Virus record (IMG/VR): IMGVR_UViG_3300007553_000105
Location: 1-64,000 of that record
Source: a virus
Lineage: Duplodnaviria > Caudoviricetes
DNA length: 64,000 nucleotides
Reading direction: 5' to 3' (one strand)
Part shown: piece by piece, positions 37,773 to 48,393 of the stretch
How positions within the stretch are numbered: the first letter of the stretch is position 1
Layout: each line of letters opens with the position of its first letter
Notes under the pieces: model-generated
What the model was told of the DNA's origin: nothing
The model's input: only the letters and a program-made list of their open reading frames with translations
Database searches by the model: none
Translations under genes and position numbers: made by a program

Positions 37773-38999
37773 ATGAAAGTAGCAGTTGTATTACGTGGGC
37801 AGCCTAGGAATTCAAAAATCGTAGCTGATCTATTTGACAAATTTGTAAGGCAAAATTGTCCTGATATTGAATTCACCACATTTATACATACTTCCAGACG
37901 TATAAGCATATTACAAGATGAATCAAAAAAAACTGTAATGCTAAACAAGCGATTCAATGGCGAAGATTTACCTCTTGATGAAGTTATAGAATCCATACTA
38001 CCATGGCGGTCTGTTAGATACCATATAGATGAGGAACAAAAATTTTTTCATGACTGTAAACTTATATTAAATGAGTTAGGTAATGACTATCTCATTCATA
38101 ATTGGTGGGAGTGGATTAATACTAAAAACGGATTGGATATTGACGACTACAAATTGTTTACTTCCTCAGACTTGATTATTCCTCGCCTTAGTGATTTTAG
38201 AGGTACATATCATTGGAAAAATTACTTCAACAGTGCAGTTGAAGACAAATATGAATATAAAGGAAACAACTATAATATTTCTGATATACCTGCAATGCAG
38301 AGAATAATAAGTTTTCATTATATAATGAGACAGTATTATAGTTTTTTACAGTCATACAATGTATTAAAGGATGAGATGAATAATAATCCGTCTTATAAAC
38401 CTGATTTAATATGGTTTACTAGATTGGATACAGTGCATACTTCATTTCTTGGATCGTTGTCAGAAGCATTAGAACTTATACGCAATAATTTACGATTTTG
38501 CATGAATAATGAGAAATTTAGACAAATTGGACCTGAAACTTGTGGAATAATAACAACTAATAGGATAGTAATAGACCGCGGCAGGCCATGGATTGAGGAC
38601 GTAAATTTATTTTCAGATGTAGAATCAATGGAGATATTAATGGGTAACCGTACTCCAGAAGATATTATTATTTCTGCTTTTAAACATAATAAATTTCAGC
38701 TGCTGAATTGCATAGGCTCCGGTCCTGGAATACAACATACATTATGGTCACCTATTTTAAATAAATCTATTTTTATACAAAATCCATCCCATAGTCCTGG
38801 TATAAGAACTAGTGTTTTTAGAGAAACATACCATCTAAAAATGGAAGGACTAAATGAACTAGATAATAGCAGAGAATCTATGGATAAGTTTTTTGATTAT
38901 GATAATGGCTGGGTATACCCTAGTGATTTATATGAGCGTGGACCCACTATAGATGAAATTATTTCAGAATATCGAAGACTTAATGGCGATGATAATTAA
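37773..38999 (+). CDS. putative glycosyltransferase-like protein
   Basis: KVAVVLRGQPR, FIHT, QYYS and DLIWFTRLD pattern seen in capsule/viral GT-like proteins; AGGAG RBS. Confidence 0.55.
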   Translation: MKVAVVLRGQPRNSKIVADLFDKFVRQNCPDIEFTTFIHTSRRISILQDESKKTVMLNKRFNGEDLPLDEVIESILPWRSVRYHIDEEQKFFHDCKLILNELGNDYLIHNWWEWINTKNGLDIDDYKLFTSSDLIIPRLSDFRGTYHWKNYFNSAVEDKYEYKGNNYNISDIPAMQRIISFHYIMRQYYSFLQSYNVLKDEMNNNPSYKPDLIWFTRLDTVHTSFLGSLSEALELIRNNLRFCMNNEKFRQIGPETCGIITTNRIVIDRGRPWIEDVNLFSDVESMEILMGNRTPEDIIISAFKHNKFQLLNCIGSGPGIQHTLWSPILNKSIFIQNPSHSPGIRTSVFRETYHLKMEGLNELDNSRESMDKFFDYDNGWVYPSDLYERGPTIDEIISEYRRLNGDDN

Positions 39000-39001
39000 C
39001 T

Positions 39002-39766
39002 TTACTTTCTGCTTGTCCACATAATTATAGCCTGTTTGCTGTTAACGCTGTGATTAAAAAAGTTATCGCTACAGTGATACTTGTATCTGTCAGCCGCAAA
39101 GCAACTGCCCTTTTTCCATTTAAATGTTGAATCAACAGTCAAATAATGAAATGGTTCTTCGCTTGTAATAGGAGCGAAGTCACGTTCATATATTTCTCTA
39201 CTGACACACATGTCTTCGTTTCTAGGAATGTTGTTTTGTGTAGCCCACTGAACCGGATCTTTAACGCCACTACGCTCTTTAAAAACATATGTTGTACTGT
39301 CATAATCATCCAGTGGAACAATAAGTGTCCAGGCTGGGTGTGGGGCAATTTTCATATTGGACTGTTCTGCATCATTGTGCAGCCCATACGGAAAGTGGCT
39401 ATCTAACAAATGTATATGACTAGCATAAATTCCGTTACCAAATGTTTTTTCTAATTTTGGTTGTATAATATCTACTAAATGGGACCATTTAGGATCATCA
39501 TAAAAATTACTAAAAATCATATAATTAGCAGTTAGGTGCTCTTCAGGATCCTGATCATAATGAAATTTTGCAAGAGGTGCCATTGCTGTATCTCGCACTT
39601 TGAAAGAATCTTCACTATACCCGGCGTCTTTAAATATTTTTAGTTCATCATCGTTCAACCAGTTGTCAATTGTTAAACTATCAAATTGTGTGTCTTTATA
39701 ATAATCAGATTCAATATATGTACTCTTATATTCGTCTTCAGACATACGTTCATCAATTCCGCTCAT
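39002..39766 (-). CDS. 2OG/Fe(II)-oxygenase-like protein
   Basis: LHND, LIVPL and HCSD...K motifs. Confidence 0.6.
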   Translation of the reverse strand: MSGIDERMSEDEYKSTYIESDYYKDTQFDSLTIDNWLNDDELKIFKDAGYSEDSFKVRDTAMAPLAKFHYDQDPEEHLTANYMIFSNFYDDPKWSHLVDIIQPKLEKTFGNGIYASHIHLLDSHFPYGLHNDAEQSNMKIAPHPAWTLIVPLDDYDSTTYVFKERSGVKDPVQWATQNNIPRNEDMCVSREIYERDFAPITSEEPFHYLTVDSTFKWKKGSCFAADRYKYHCSDNFFNHSVNSKQAIIMWTSRK

Positions 39767-41825
39767 TCACTTCTCCAAAAAAACTTATATCGCAATTTAT
39801 GTTATATTCTTCCCAATCAAAGCTCATGTCTTCTCTAACAATTTCATGATACTTCACCGCCGGATCTTCACGTGCTGTTTTGTGTTCGAATTTATGCTTT
39901 AAATATAATTCCATTTTTCCATGTTCATCAACACTGCATTCGAATTTACTGTAATAATGACTACCAATAAATCCACCAAACTCAGCCAAGTCTTGTTCTG
40001 GATCAGTGGTCATTGAAAATTTAAATGGTCCATATACCTGGTACATTATCCACGGAATAACCAGATATTCATTTGCTAACCCTGACTTAAGAAATTCAAT
40101 ATTATTGTTCTCTGCTGGTTTAAAATAATCTAGGTTTTTATTTTGCTGCTGGGCAACATAGTTTGTTGCTGGGGCATCAGACAATTTTTCAAACGTATAA
40201 AAGTCTGTTATGTTTTTTCTGTTTTGTCCGTTAAATAAAGTAGCGCCAGCATAATCCTGGCTTAAACGCAACCATATATTCATAAATTTTAATCTTATAA
40301 ATCTGTGTATGATTGTATTTTTATAATCTTTTGTAAACCAATTACTCATAAAAGTATTGTCCCAGGGTTTTTCTTTCCACTGCATATCATACTTTTGCCA
40401 GTTTAAATTTAAATCACTAAACGCTGCATCTCCACATGTCATACCAGGACTAATAGCATAGATCCATTTACGAGTATTGTGTAGTACGTGTAAACTATGC
40501 ATCCATTCCTGTGGGCCTTCTGTAGGGAAGCCAACTACCCAGTTGACATGACTGCTTACGCCTGCTACGTGTGCATCACGCAAATTGTCTTCAATTTCCC
40601 ATACCTTGATATTTTTCTTCATGTCAGTCAGCACTTTTTCACTACCGCTCTCAACACCAAAGCTAAGACTTATGCACCCACTGTCTGCAATGCTTTTAAA
40701 CAGGCTAGCATCCATTCGACCGTCACAACGAGCATAGCTGTTCCATCGAATATCAAGCTCGCTTTCAACTAATTCTTCTACTAAATTTTTAAACTCTTTA
40801 AAGTTGCCGTTAGCTAAACTGTCAACAAACCAAAATCTATTAATACCATATTTGTTGACTTGGTATTTCATTTCGTCAAGTACGCGATTACTTTCTCTCC
40901 ATCTGTATCTCCAGAAGTGTGTTTCTGCACAAAACGTACATTTAGCAACACAGCCCCTAGATGTTTCGATACTTACGCCGTCACTGTGTTGATAAAGATT
41001 TAGATCAAAATCATCATAATCAGGAAATGGCAGCTGGTTTAAATCTAAACTACTTTTTAGTCCACCCAAATATGTTACGTCATCGGACTTTGGCATTACG
41101 TTGTAATTTTCTAAAAGGGTGAGCAACTCTTGCTCGCCTTCACCACGTATTACGTAATCAATCAAGCCACGTGGTAGTCCGTGCGTATTGTGTACCAGAT
41201 CATCAAACCAAGTATTAAACGCTTCAGGCCCACCAACAATGATAACCTTTTCAGGAGACAGTTGTTTTATTCTTTCTATCATATAAAGTGTTGGCAACAA
41301 GTTAGTCAGGTAAAGACTGAAACCGATAAAGTTAGTTTCGTCAGCTAGAATCTTTTGAATGTAGTCATCCAACATGGGCTTTAAGATAGGATGCACTTCT
41401 TCACGATATACTGGCTGTTCCCATTTAAAGTAATTCTGACTATCCCAATAATCCACATCGTAAGTATCTTTAAGATAGTGATATGCTGCTACATTGATGT
41501 CATGATTGTGTACTGTGTACCCGTAGTGTTTTAGAAGACCAGTCAATCTAGCCAAGTTATAGGGCGGAAAAATAACGCCCCATGCTGGTGCCATAACAAA
41601 ACTTACACTTTCATTTGAAAGTAAACTTCTCTTAAATTCACTCCAATACTCGTAGCCGCGAGTGTTGCGAGATTCTTTTTGCTCACTCCAATAGCTGACT
41701 GTTTTAGGACGTACTGATAAATCTCCAAGATGACTGTTGGCGTGGTTAAGACGTTTGCGGTCCTGCTCGATAATGTGCAGTATTACCTGATCACGATCTT
41801 CGCTCTTTAGTTCATTTTCTTCCAT
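39753..41825 (-). CDS. cobalamin-binding radical SAM enzyme (class B type)
   Basis: B12 domain (IGFS, VGGP, GEGE), SRGCVAKCTFC, GVESGS and VGFPTE motifs. Confidence 0.9.
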   Translation of the reverse strand: MEENELKSEDRDQVILHIIEQDRKRLNHANSHLGDLSVRPKTVSYWSEQKESRNTRGYEYWSEFKRSLLSNESVSFVMAPAWGVIFPPYNLARLTGLLKHYGYTVHNHDINVAAYHYLKDTYDVDYWDSQNYFKWEQPVYREEVHPILKPMLDDYIQKILADETNFIGFSLYLTNLLPTLYMIERIKQLSPEKVIIVGGPEAFNTWFDDLVHNTHGLPRGLIDYVIRGEGEQELLTLLENYNVMPKSDDVTYLGGLKSSLDLNQLPFPDYDDFDLNLYQHSDGVSIETSRGCVAKCTFCAETHFWRYRWRESNRVLDEMKYQVNKYGINRFWFVDSLANGNFKEFKNLVEELVESELDIRWNSYARCDGRMDASLFKSIADSGCISLSFGVESGSEKVLTDMKKNIKVWEIEDNLRDAHVAGVSSHVNWVVGFPTEGPQEWMHSLHVLHNTRKWIYAISPGMTCGDAAFSDLNLNWQKYDMQWKEKPWDNTFMSNWFTKDYKNTIIHRFIRLKFMNIWLRLSQDYAGATLFNGQNRKNITDFYTFEKLSDAPATNYVAQQQNKNLDYFKPAENNNIEFLKSGLANEYLVIPWIMYQVYGPFKFSMTTDPEQDLAEFGGFIGSHYYSKFECSVDEHGKMELYLKHKFEHKTAREDPAVKYHEIVREDMSFDWEEYNINCDISFFGEVNERN

Positions 41826-43036
41826 TCGTCTACCAGTTCTTTTAATCTAGTATGCACTAGTGTTATACTTTGCTTTCTGAGCACGTCATATGCCTCTGTT
41901 CTCTTCGCGAATTTTTTACGTTTTGTAAAGTTATCATTGCCTTCATGTTGCCCAAGTCGTTGTATTACGGCATTAATACGGAACGTTTCTCGTTTATCAT
42001 GTTCTATATCAGCTGATACCGCCATCAATTCTTCCATTATGGAAATTCTATCAGCATATGGAAGTATATCAATTGTCATGTCACTTGGAGAGTCCACGAA
42101 GTTAAATATTAAGTTGTTGTGTGATCCGTTATCTTTCCAATACTGTACAATATTCGGAATATCATATGCGTTGTAGGCTTGCACTGTTGCTAGTAGATGA
42201 GTTCTGATACCCATGTCTAGATATTGCTGGTAAGCCGCATCGATTTTATCCCATTCTGCACCATATCTGATATAGTCATTGGTGTATCCTACTCCGTCAA
42301 TACTAAATTGAATATCTACGTCTCTAAAACTTTTAAGCCACTTCAATACTTTGCCTTGCATACGTGAGCCATTAGTAGTTATGTCCAAATGCAAGTGTGT
42401 TTGATTATTTTCAACACACCAACGCAATAGCTTTATAACACCTGGCATAAAAAATGGTTCACCTCCAGCAATTTTTAATATTTTTAAGTGTGGAACCCAT
42501 TCAATGATATCATTGAATGTCTTATCATCTTCAATCCAATCAGTAACATCAAACCATGACTCACCAGTAACTTCTGAAAGATACGGATTGTCGCGATGTT
42601 CATCAGCTATAGTACTACTTACACCAACAAAGCACATACGACATCCAAAGTTACAAAAACGGCCCGGCCTCCAATCAACCCACGTTGGAGTACCGTAGTT
42701 GTTTCCATTTTCTACATCTATATCCCAGTCTTCAGGAGGATTGAACCATCTGTTATGTGCAGTTCTGTCACTACCGCCGCCGTGTTCTTCAATATGATAA
42801 CACGCTTTGCATTGCTCTACTTTTTTACCAGCTAACATGTCTTTACGTATTTGTTGATATGATTCACTTTTCCATAAATCTCGCATACTTACAGAAGTAA
42901 TATCATCACTTAGTGGCGTTTTCCAGTCAGCTACACAGCATAGTTTAGCGTGTCCGTCTGTACCCACATGCATGTGGTTAAATGGCATAATGCAAAAAGC
43001 ATCATTTTCTTTTACCTGTGTTTTCCAATTTGACAT
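41807..43036 (-). CDS. radical SAM protein with N-terminal SPASM/twitch domain
   Basis: FCIMPF...LCC...CKAC followed by CNFGCRMC, GGEPF and SIDG. Confidence 0.88.
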   Translation of the reverse strand: MSNWKTQVKENDAFCIMPFNHMHVGTDGHAKLCCVADWKTPLSDDITSVSMRDLWKSESYQQIRKDMLAGKKVEQCKACYHIEEHGGGSDRTAHNRWFNPPEDWDIDVENGNNYGTPTWVDWRPGRFCNFGCRMCFVGVSSTIADEHRDNPYLSEVTGESWFDVTDWIEDDKTFNDIIEWVPHLKILKIAGGEPFFMPGVIKLLRWCVENNQTHLHLDITTNGSRMQGKVLKWLKSFRDVDIQFSIDGVGYTNDYIRYGAEWDKIDAAYQQYLDMGIRTHLLATVQAYNAYDIPNIVQYWKDNGSHNNLIFNFVDSPSDMTIDILPYADRISIMEELMAVSADIEHDKRETFRINAVIQRLGQHEGNDNFTKRKKFAKRTEAYDVLRKQSITLVHTRLKELVDEWKKMN

Positions 43037-44663
43037 TTTTTGCTCGCTTTTTTAAATCTGTATAGTATGTAAGTATGTCTGCAATTCCTTTAAGACTTGT
43101 TCTCCAATCCTCTTTTCTTATTTTGTCAAGAGCATCTTGACGTTTAAAGAAATTTTGAAATTCAGCTTCATCTGGTTCTTTTTCATTCATATGTACTATG
43201 ATACTTTCTAGAGTTTTTTCTGTATGTCTGCACCATTCTATATCTTTAGACCAACGCTTATACATATCATCAATGAAAGTTTTATATAGATTTTCTACAA
43301 TCACTTTGACTTCGTTTGGAAGATTTTGTATATTATAAAATTTAGGCCAGTAAAGATTATGCACAACTACATTAGTGTTAATTCTAGCATACTTTTGTTC
43401 TTTTAGCCACCAGATAAGATCCAACACATGTATTACATTCATTATACTAAGTGTCATAGTAAACGATGTAGTGGTATTTGCAAGCCTAGGGTCTTTGTCC
43501 ATCTTATTAAGATTGCGTTCTACTGTTTTCCATTTACCTGGAAATCTGATATGCTCAAAGTGTTCATAGATGCCGTCGATACTCATACCAATATGCACCT
43601 CTTTAAACTGACTCCATTTTTTAAATACATCGTCAGGAATTCCTGCCATATTAGTATTGTATTCTAGAATAATTTTATCAGCTACGCCCTGGTCAATCAT
43701 ATATTCCAGCAATTCTCTATGCTTTAGATTAACAGTGGGTTCTCCGCCAGTAAAATAAAATCTCTCAATAGTATCGATATTGTTTTTGATCTGATCCCAT
43801 AGCTTGCTGTTTTCAACCCAGTCAAAAACATCCTTGACTATTAATTTTTTATTTTCTTGCTCAATAACAGCAACAGTGCCATCTTTTATTTTAAATGTAT
43901 CACCTAACCCTAGATCAATATGGTCACTGTACCACTGATCACTGTCAGTGGGTCCACATGATCTGCATTTAATATTACATTTGTTTCCAAAGCGAAGATC
44001 CCAGTATTTTATAGGAAAGTCTGAATTTTTAATTGTGCCATCTGGTTTTGTTTTTTTAACAATGTCTGATATATCAGAATTAAAAATAGCGTTATGTTGC
44101 TTACGCTTACTTTCAATACCATTATGCTCCTCGTCCCAGCATAATTTACAAACGTCAGGACGGTTTCCAGCCAGCATCTCGGAACGCAAATATTTCCAAT
44201 TGGCAGCATTTCTATTTTTAGAAATGTCATCGTTAAAATTAAGCGGAGCGCCGTTGCTTTTTTTAATTTCACCATATGGCATGGTGTCATCATTATAGAT
44301 CATCTGACAACATGCTCTAATACTTCCGTTAGCATTAGTGGCAGCATGTACCCACGGTAGAACACAAAAGCTATCTTTGAATTTAGGATTTGATTTTATT
44401 CTCCAAGAATCTCTAGCTGTTTGAATATCATCCATGGTTATATCAAGTCTACGCATAACGATATCATATACATCTTGATCTGCATTTTCAGAAAAAGCAC
44501 ATGCTTCTACCACTGGCTCATCAGTATCATGCTCTGCGACTATTATCAAGTTTTCCTTAGGACACTCTGGATGTGACACCATTTCAATTCTTTCCTGCAT
44601 AGTTCTAAAAATTGCAGGATCAAGCGCGAAAAAACTTTCACTGCTTTCTATTTTTTTATCCAT
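43002..44663 (-). CDS. radical SAM protein with N-terminal SPASM/twitch domain
   Basis: FCVLPW...ACC...CKLC followed by CNIKCRSC, GGEP and SIDG. Confidence 0.88.
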   Translation of the reverse strand: MDKKIESSESFFALDPAIFRTMQERIEMVSHPECPKENLIIVAEHDTDEPVVEACAFSENADQDVYDIVMRRLDITMDDIQTARDSWRIKSNPKFKDSFCVLPWVHAATNANGSIRACCQMIYNDDTMPYGEIKKSNGAPLNFNDDISKNRNAANWKYLRSEMLAGNRPDVCKLCWDEEHNGIESKRKQHNAIFNSDISDIVKKTKPDGTIKNSDFPIKYWDLRFGNKCNIKCRSCGPTDSDQWYSDHIDLGLGDTFKIKDGTVAVIEQENKKLIVKDVFDWVENSKLWDQIKNNIDTIERFYFTGGEPTVNLKHRELLEYMIDQGVADKIILEYNTNMAGIPDDVFKKWSQFKEVHIGMSIDGIYEHFEHIRFPGKWKTVERNLNKMDKDPRLANTTTSFTMTLSIMNVIHVLDLIWWLKEQKYARINTNVVVHNLYWPKFYNIQNLPNEVKVIVENLYKTFIDDMYKRWSKDIEWCRHTEKTLESIIVHMNEKEPDEAEFQNFFKRQDALDKIRKEDWRTSLKGIADILTYYTDLKKRAKNVKLENTGKRK

Positions 44664-45489
44664 TTAAATTACCGTTCATAATCAGTAGATTGTTATTTGC
44701 AATCCATTCATTTATTTGCTCACTAGCACTAGCTGTGTCAAACAAAGGTAGTATCTCTTTTATATTATTACAGAAATTTTCTGCCCTGTCAATAAGAGAA
44801 TCGATATTCACGGTGATATAATCGTCAAATATTTGCGAAAGATACGTGGGAAGAACATTACTTTGATATGATATCGATTCGGCTTGAATTATTTCGTATG
44901 TTTTAATATCATCGCAGTGTTCATAGTTATTTATATTGCCATTTTCTGATAAAAATGTATTTGCGGTCAGTAGCTCATGTAACCAAACCCATTCATACTG
45001 ATGTGCCCAATTTATTAAAATATCAGCGTTAGTCTTTGAACACTTATTATTAACCTTTGTCATTATGAATTCATAATCAACTGAAGATGATTGTATTTTG
45101 TGTGCAAGTTTTTTAAATGTTAGCCTTGCGAAATAATCAAACTCTTTTTTAACTGTTAGATGTATAACCTTCATATTAGGAAAGTATTTCCAATAGTATT
45201 TGGCAAAGAATAGACTTGGATGATCTCTGAAAATATATCTGCCATCTCCGCATAGTTCTGAATTTTTAATCCAGGTATCCGGATCTTCTACGTTACCCCA
45301 ATTGGCTGAGTAATCCAATAGTGTTTCATAATGTGTTTGATTTCGTTCTGTATTTAAAAAGGACCTGCCTTTTACCATGTCGCTAGTATTATATGCGATG
45401 GTCTTGGTTAAAAATTCACCGCCGGTGCCACTACTGTAAAGAATTAATACAGGAAACGATTCATTGATTTTTAAAGTATTCAATTTCAT
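44656..45489 (-). CDS. hypothetical protein, sulfotransferase/P-loop-like
   Basis: SSGTGGEFL motif resembles that of 17897..18613; AT-rich. Confidence 0.45.
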   Translation of the reverse strand: MKLNTLKINESFPVLILYSSGTGGEFLTKTIAYNTSDMVKGRSFLNTERNQTHYETLLDYSANWGNVEDPDTWIKNSELCGDGRYIFRDHPSLFFAKYYWKYFPNMKVIHLTVKKEFDYFARLTFKKLAHKIQSSSVDYEFIMTKVNNKCSKTNADILINWAHQYEWVWLHELLTANTFLSENGNINNYEHCDDIKTYEIIQAESISYQSNVLPTYLSQIFDDYITVNIDSLIDRAENFCNNIKEILPLFDTASASEQINEWIANNNLLIMNGNLNG

Positions 45490-46843
45490 TTTCGGTATAT
45501 CCCACTAATTTAGAACTATCAGAGATGTCTCTAATAGGAACCAAACTCATCATGCCTTTCATTCTTCCATTTGCACCTGGCAAATGTAACATGTCCAAAT
45601 CTAAAATTCGTTGTTTTAATTTTAACGCACGATCTAAGAATCCAGGTGGCACCATTAATTTTATTTCAAGCCAGTGATCGTCATCATGTTCATTATAATG
45701 ATCCATTATAATTTTGCAATTTTCAATAAATCTATCTTCATTGCCGCGGTATAGATCCATGCTGGCAAAGTGTGCGCTCATATTAATACTGTTTACATAC
45801 TGTGCAGCTTCCTGCCAAAACTTATTACTGCGGCTTCCATTTGTGGTCACCAATACCCATTGATTGCGCTTCTTAAGATGTTTAAGTATTTCTATAAAGT
45901 CAGGATGCATAGTGGGTTCGCCACCACCGAAATTCCATCTGATAGAATTTCCATATGACCAGTGATCAATAATCATATCAATAGACGTAATTATAGATTC
46001 TTTTGTAGGGAATTTTTCTGTGTTACTGTGTACTGCTGGCCAACAGTAATCACAGTTGTAGTTACATCTTCTTCCCAGATCCCATAGGACCTGATATGGA
46101 ATAGGGAAATTCATTTCCACGCCAACTATGTCATTGGACTCAATTGTGTCACGATAGTTTTCTGTACGCACAGTACCATCACTACCATGTAGCGTAACAT
46201 CTAATAAAGACATATACTTTGTTTCAGACACTTTACTTAAAATTACATCAGCACCGCAGCCACAACTATTAAACGGGCATATCAAGTAATCGTCAGGTAT
46301 ATCAAACCCCTCACGTATATTTCCCATCAGACCCCAAGTCTTGGCTGTATCTGCCAATGTACTTTCCCATTTCCATGCACTGGAATTAATATCCAACCCT
46401 TCGGGTTTAGTCATATTTTTACCAAGGTTAGAAAAGAATCTCTCTTCAGCTTGTTTAAGGGCGGCCTGTAGTTTTATATGCTGTTCACATGTTTCCCAGC
46501 CTTGCTTTGGCAATGGCCAACTACCCTCTGTATTTTCGTTGTACCAGTTAATGTGGGGATATGGGCCAAAGATTCTTTCTCTTTCTATTCTCCATTCCTC
46601 TACAACTTTATCATAGTGAGCAGTACTATTTCTATTGGCACTAGCACAGTTTGCCGCCCATATATTTCCATCATAATCAATGTAAAGCCCACGCACACCT
46701 GCGCTGCATTTCCAACCCTTCCATTGATTATATCCGCGGGCGATTGACTCGTCAACACTTACTCGTGTATAGACACCATCACTATTGTAAATGCGCAACT
46801 GCTTATTGTCTAGTGGAACATTTGGATTGCTAATTATTGCCAT
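45461..46843 (-). CDS. radical SAM protein with swapped domain order
   Basis: N-terminal WKGWKCSAG...CPFNSCGCGAD; C-terminal CNYNCDYC, GGEPT and TNGSR. Confidence 0.88.
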   Translation of the reverse strand: MAIISNPNVPLDNKQLRIYNSDGVYTRVSVDESIARGYNQWKGWKCSAGVRGLYIDYDGNIWAANCASANRNSTAHYDKVVEEWRIERERIFGPYPHINWYNENTEGSWPLPKQGWETCEQHIKLQAALKQAEERFFSNLGKNMTKPEGLDINSSAWKWESTLADTAKTWGLMGNIREGFDIPDDYLICPFNSCGCGADVILSKVSETKYMSLLDVTLHGSDGTVRTENYRDTIESNDIVGVEMNFPIPYQVLWDLGRRCNYNCDYCWPAVHSNTEKFPTKESIITSIDMIIDHWSYGNSIRWNFGGGEPTMHPDFIEILKHLKKRNQWVLVTTNGSRSNKFWQEAAQYVNSINMSAHFASMDLYRGNEDRFIENCKIIMDHYNEHDDDHWLEIKLMVPPGFLDRALKLKQRILDLDMLHLPGANGRMKGMMSLVPIRDISDSSKLVGYTENEIEYFKNQ

Positions 46844-47774
46844 GGGTATTCTTTTCTAAATGTGATATTATGATGTCAGCAAGTATACGGTGTTCTTCTG
46901 GTCCCAAGTGTCCTAAACGATTACCAGGCCATAAATGCGGGTCACCATATAATCCTTGGCATATCCACTTTTTAAAAGAAGTTGGTTGTTTGGTATTTGT
47001 GGTGTCGAACAGTTCAATTCTTTCAAATTTAATTATATCATGATTATTAACATAATCATCAAATAATTTTAAATTATTTCCTAGATTGACTTGTAATGTA
47101 TATTCAGGGGTATTAAAATCACCATAAAAGTCAGGTTTAAATAGTTTTTCAGTTGGCCATTCGAGGTATTTGTTGATGAGATGTAATACTTCTTCATCAC
47201 AATCGAAATGGAAATTTACAGGTATTGCCCCTTTACTTTTTATTATTGCATTGGCAGAGTGGAATATCTGTAAAAAATCTATTGCACGATATACTCTTTT
47301 TCCGTAGTATCTCTCATATGAATCAGATATGCTAATTACGGTTTCGTCAGTATGATTATCGATAAACTGATGCGAACTATTTTGTTTTTCTACTTTAGCA
47401 AAAAAATGATTATATATTTCAGTAAATTTTGAATGCGTCTCTTGCATTGCAAGAACTTTTAACGCATGATATGAATTAAACACATCTGAATGTATGGTGT
47501 CTGAATCTGATATTGCAATATAATTGTCGCGATCAAAATATGTCCAAGACAATAAACATAAATCACCAGGTTGTACATGTTCAATCACATTCAACAACAT
47601 TTGCTTGTTGCTTCCTCCTGATCGGGCTGACATAGATACTGTCTTACCATAATGGGCAGCCACCAAATTTCCAAACGACAGTTCTATACTTTTCTTGGTC
47701 CAACCAATAGACGGGCCTTCTATCTCTGCCCCTGTTGCATGACTGCATCCAAAACTTACAATTCTGTTAAACAT
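46830..47774 (-). CDS. SGNH hydrolase/acyltransferase-like protein
   Basis: FGCSHATG, SGGSN and HLGPEEH motifs. Confidence 0.65.
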   Translation of the reverse strand: MFNRIVSFGCSHATGAEIEGPSIGWTKKSIELSFGNLVAAHYGKTVSMSARSGGSNKQMLLNVIEHVQPGDLCLLSWTYFDRDNYIAISDSDTIHSDVFNSYHALKVLAMQETHSKFTEIYNHFFAKVEKQNSSHQFIDNHTDETVISISDSYERYYGKRVYRAIDFLQIFHSANAIIKSKGAIPVNFHFDCDEEVLHLINKYLEWPTEKLFKPDFYGDFNTPEYTLQVNLGNNLKLFDDYVNNHDIIKFERIELFDTTNTKQPTSFKKWICQGLYGDPHLWPGNRLGHLGPEEHRILADIIISHLEKNTHGNN

Positions 47775-48393
47775 CTCTACTTATAATCATCCTTATTACA
47801 CCAAAGTAAGGGTCACGATTTACGGTGGCGTTAAAAACATGCTCTACATCTTCTGCTAGATTTCGGTTTTTAAACATATATCCTCGTTCATATTTAAGAT
47901 ATCTTTCTATTTCTTCTCTAGTAGATTCCTTTTGCCCATGCCAAAAATATTTGACATCTCCAACGTCTTTCCAATCTTCAGCAGTGCGTAGTCCGTCCAG
48001 AGATTGATTTTCATTTAATGTCACGTACAATGTCTTGCATTTTTTAAGCGCGATTCTAATATTGTTTTTGATATCATTCCAGTGCATACTGTTAATTGCA
48101 ACACCATATTCAAATTCTGGAATACCTTCCCATACACTACATGGCCAGTCCTCAAACACTGCGCCGCGATAGTCAGCTTCAAAACTGTTGTCATATCCGT
48201 ATATTTCTTTATGTGGAAATACAACTTTTAAATTATTGTCTCCGCATCCGATATCAAGTATAGGAGTATTAATTGATTCTATGTAATCATATAAGGTGTC
48301 AATCATACAGTATGGAGTAAAATCTATACGCCTTGCTGTCAAGTTTGTTATTCTAACATAAAACTTCCAGGTATCAGAGTACGTTTGAATCAT
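47767..48393 (-). CDS. class I SAM-dependent methyltransferase
   Basis: ILDIGCG, YGYD and INSMHW motifs. Confidence 0.7.
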   Translation of the reverse strand: MIQTYSDTWKFYVRITNLTARRIDFTPYCMIDTLYDYIESINTPILDIGCGDNNLKVVFPHKEIYGYDNSFEADYRGAVFEDWPCSVWEGIPEFEYGVAINSMHWNDIKNNIRIALKKCKTLYVTLNENQSLDGLRTAEDWKDVGDVKYFWHGQKESTREEIERYLKYERGYMFKNRNLAEDVEHVFNATVNRDPYFGVIRMIISRDV

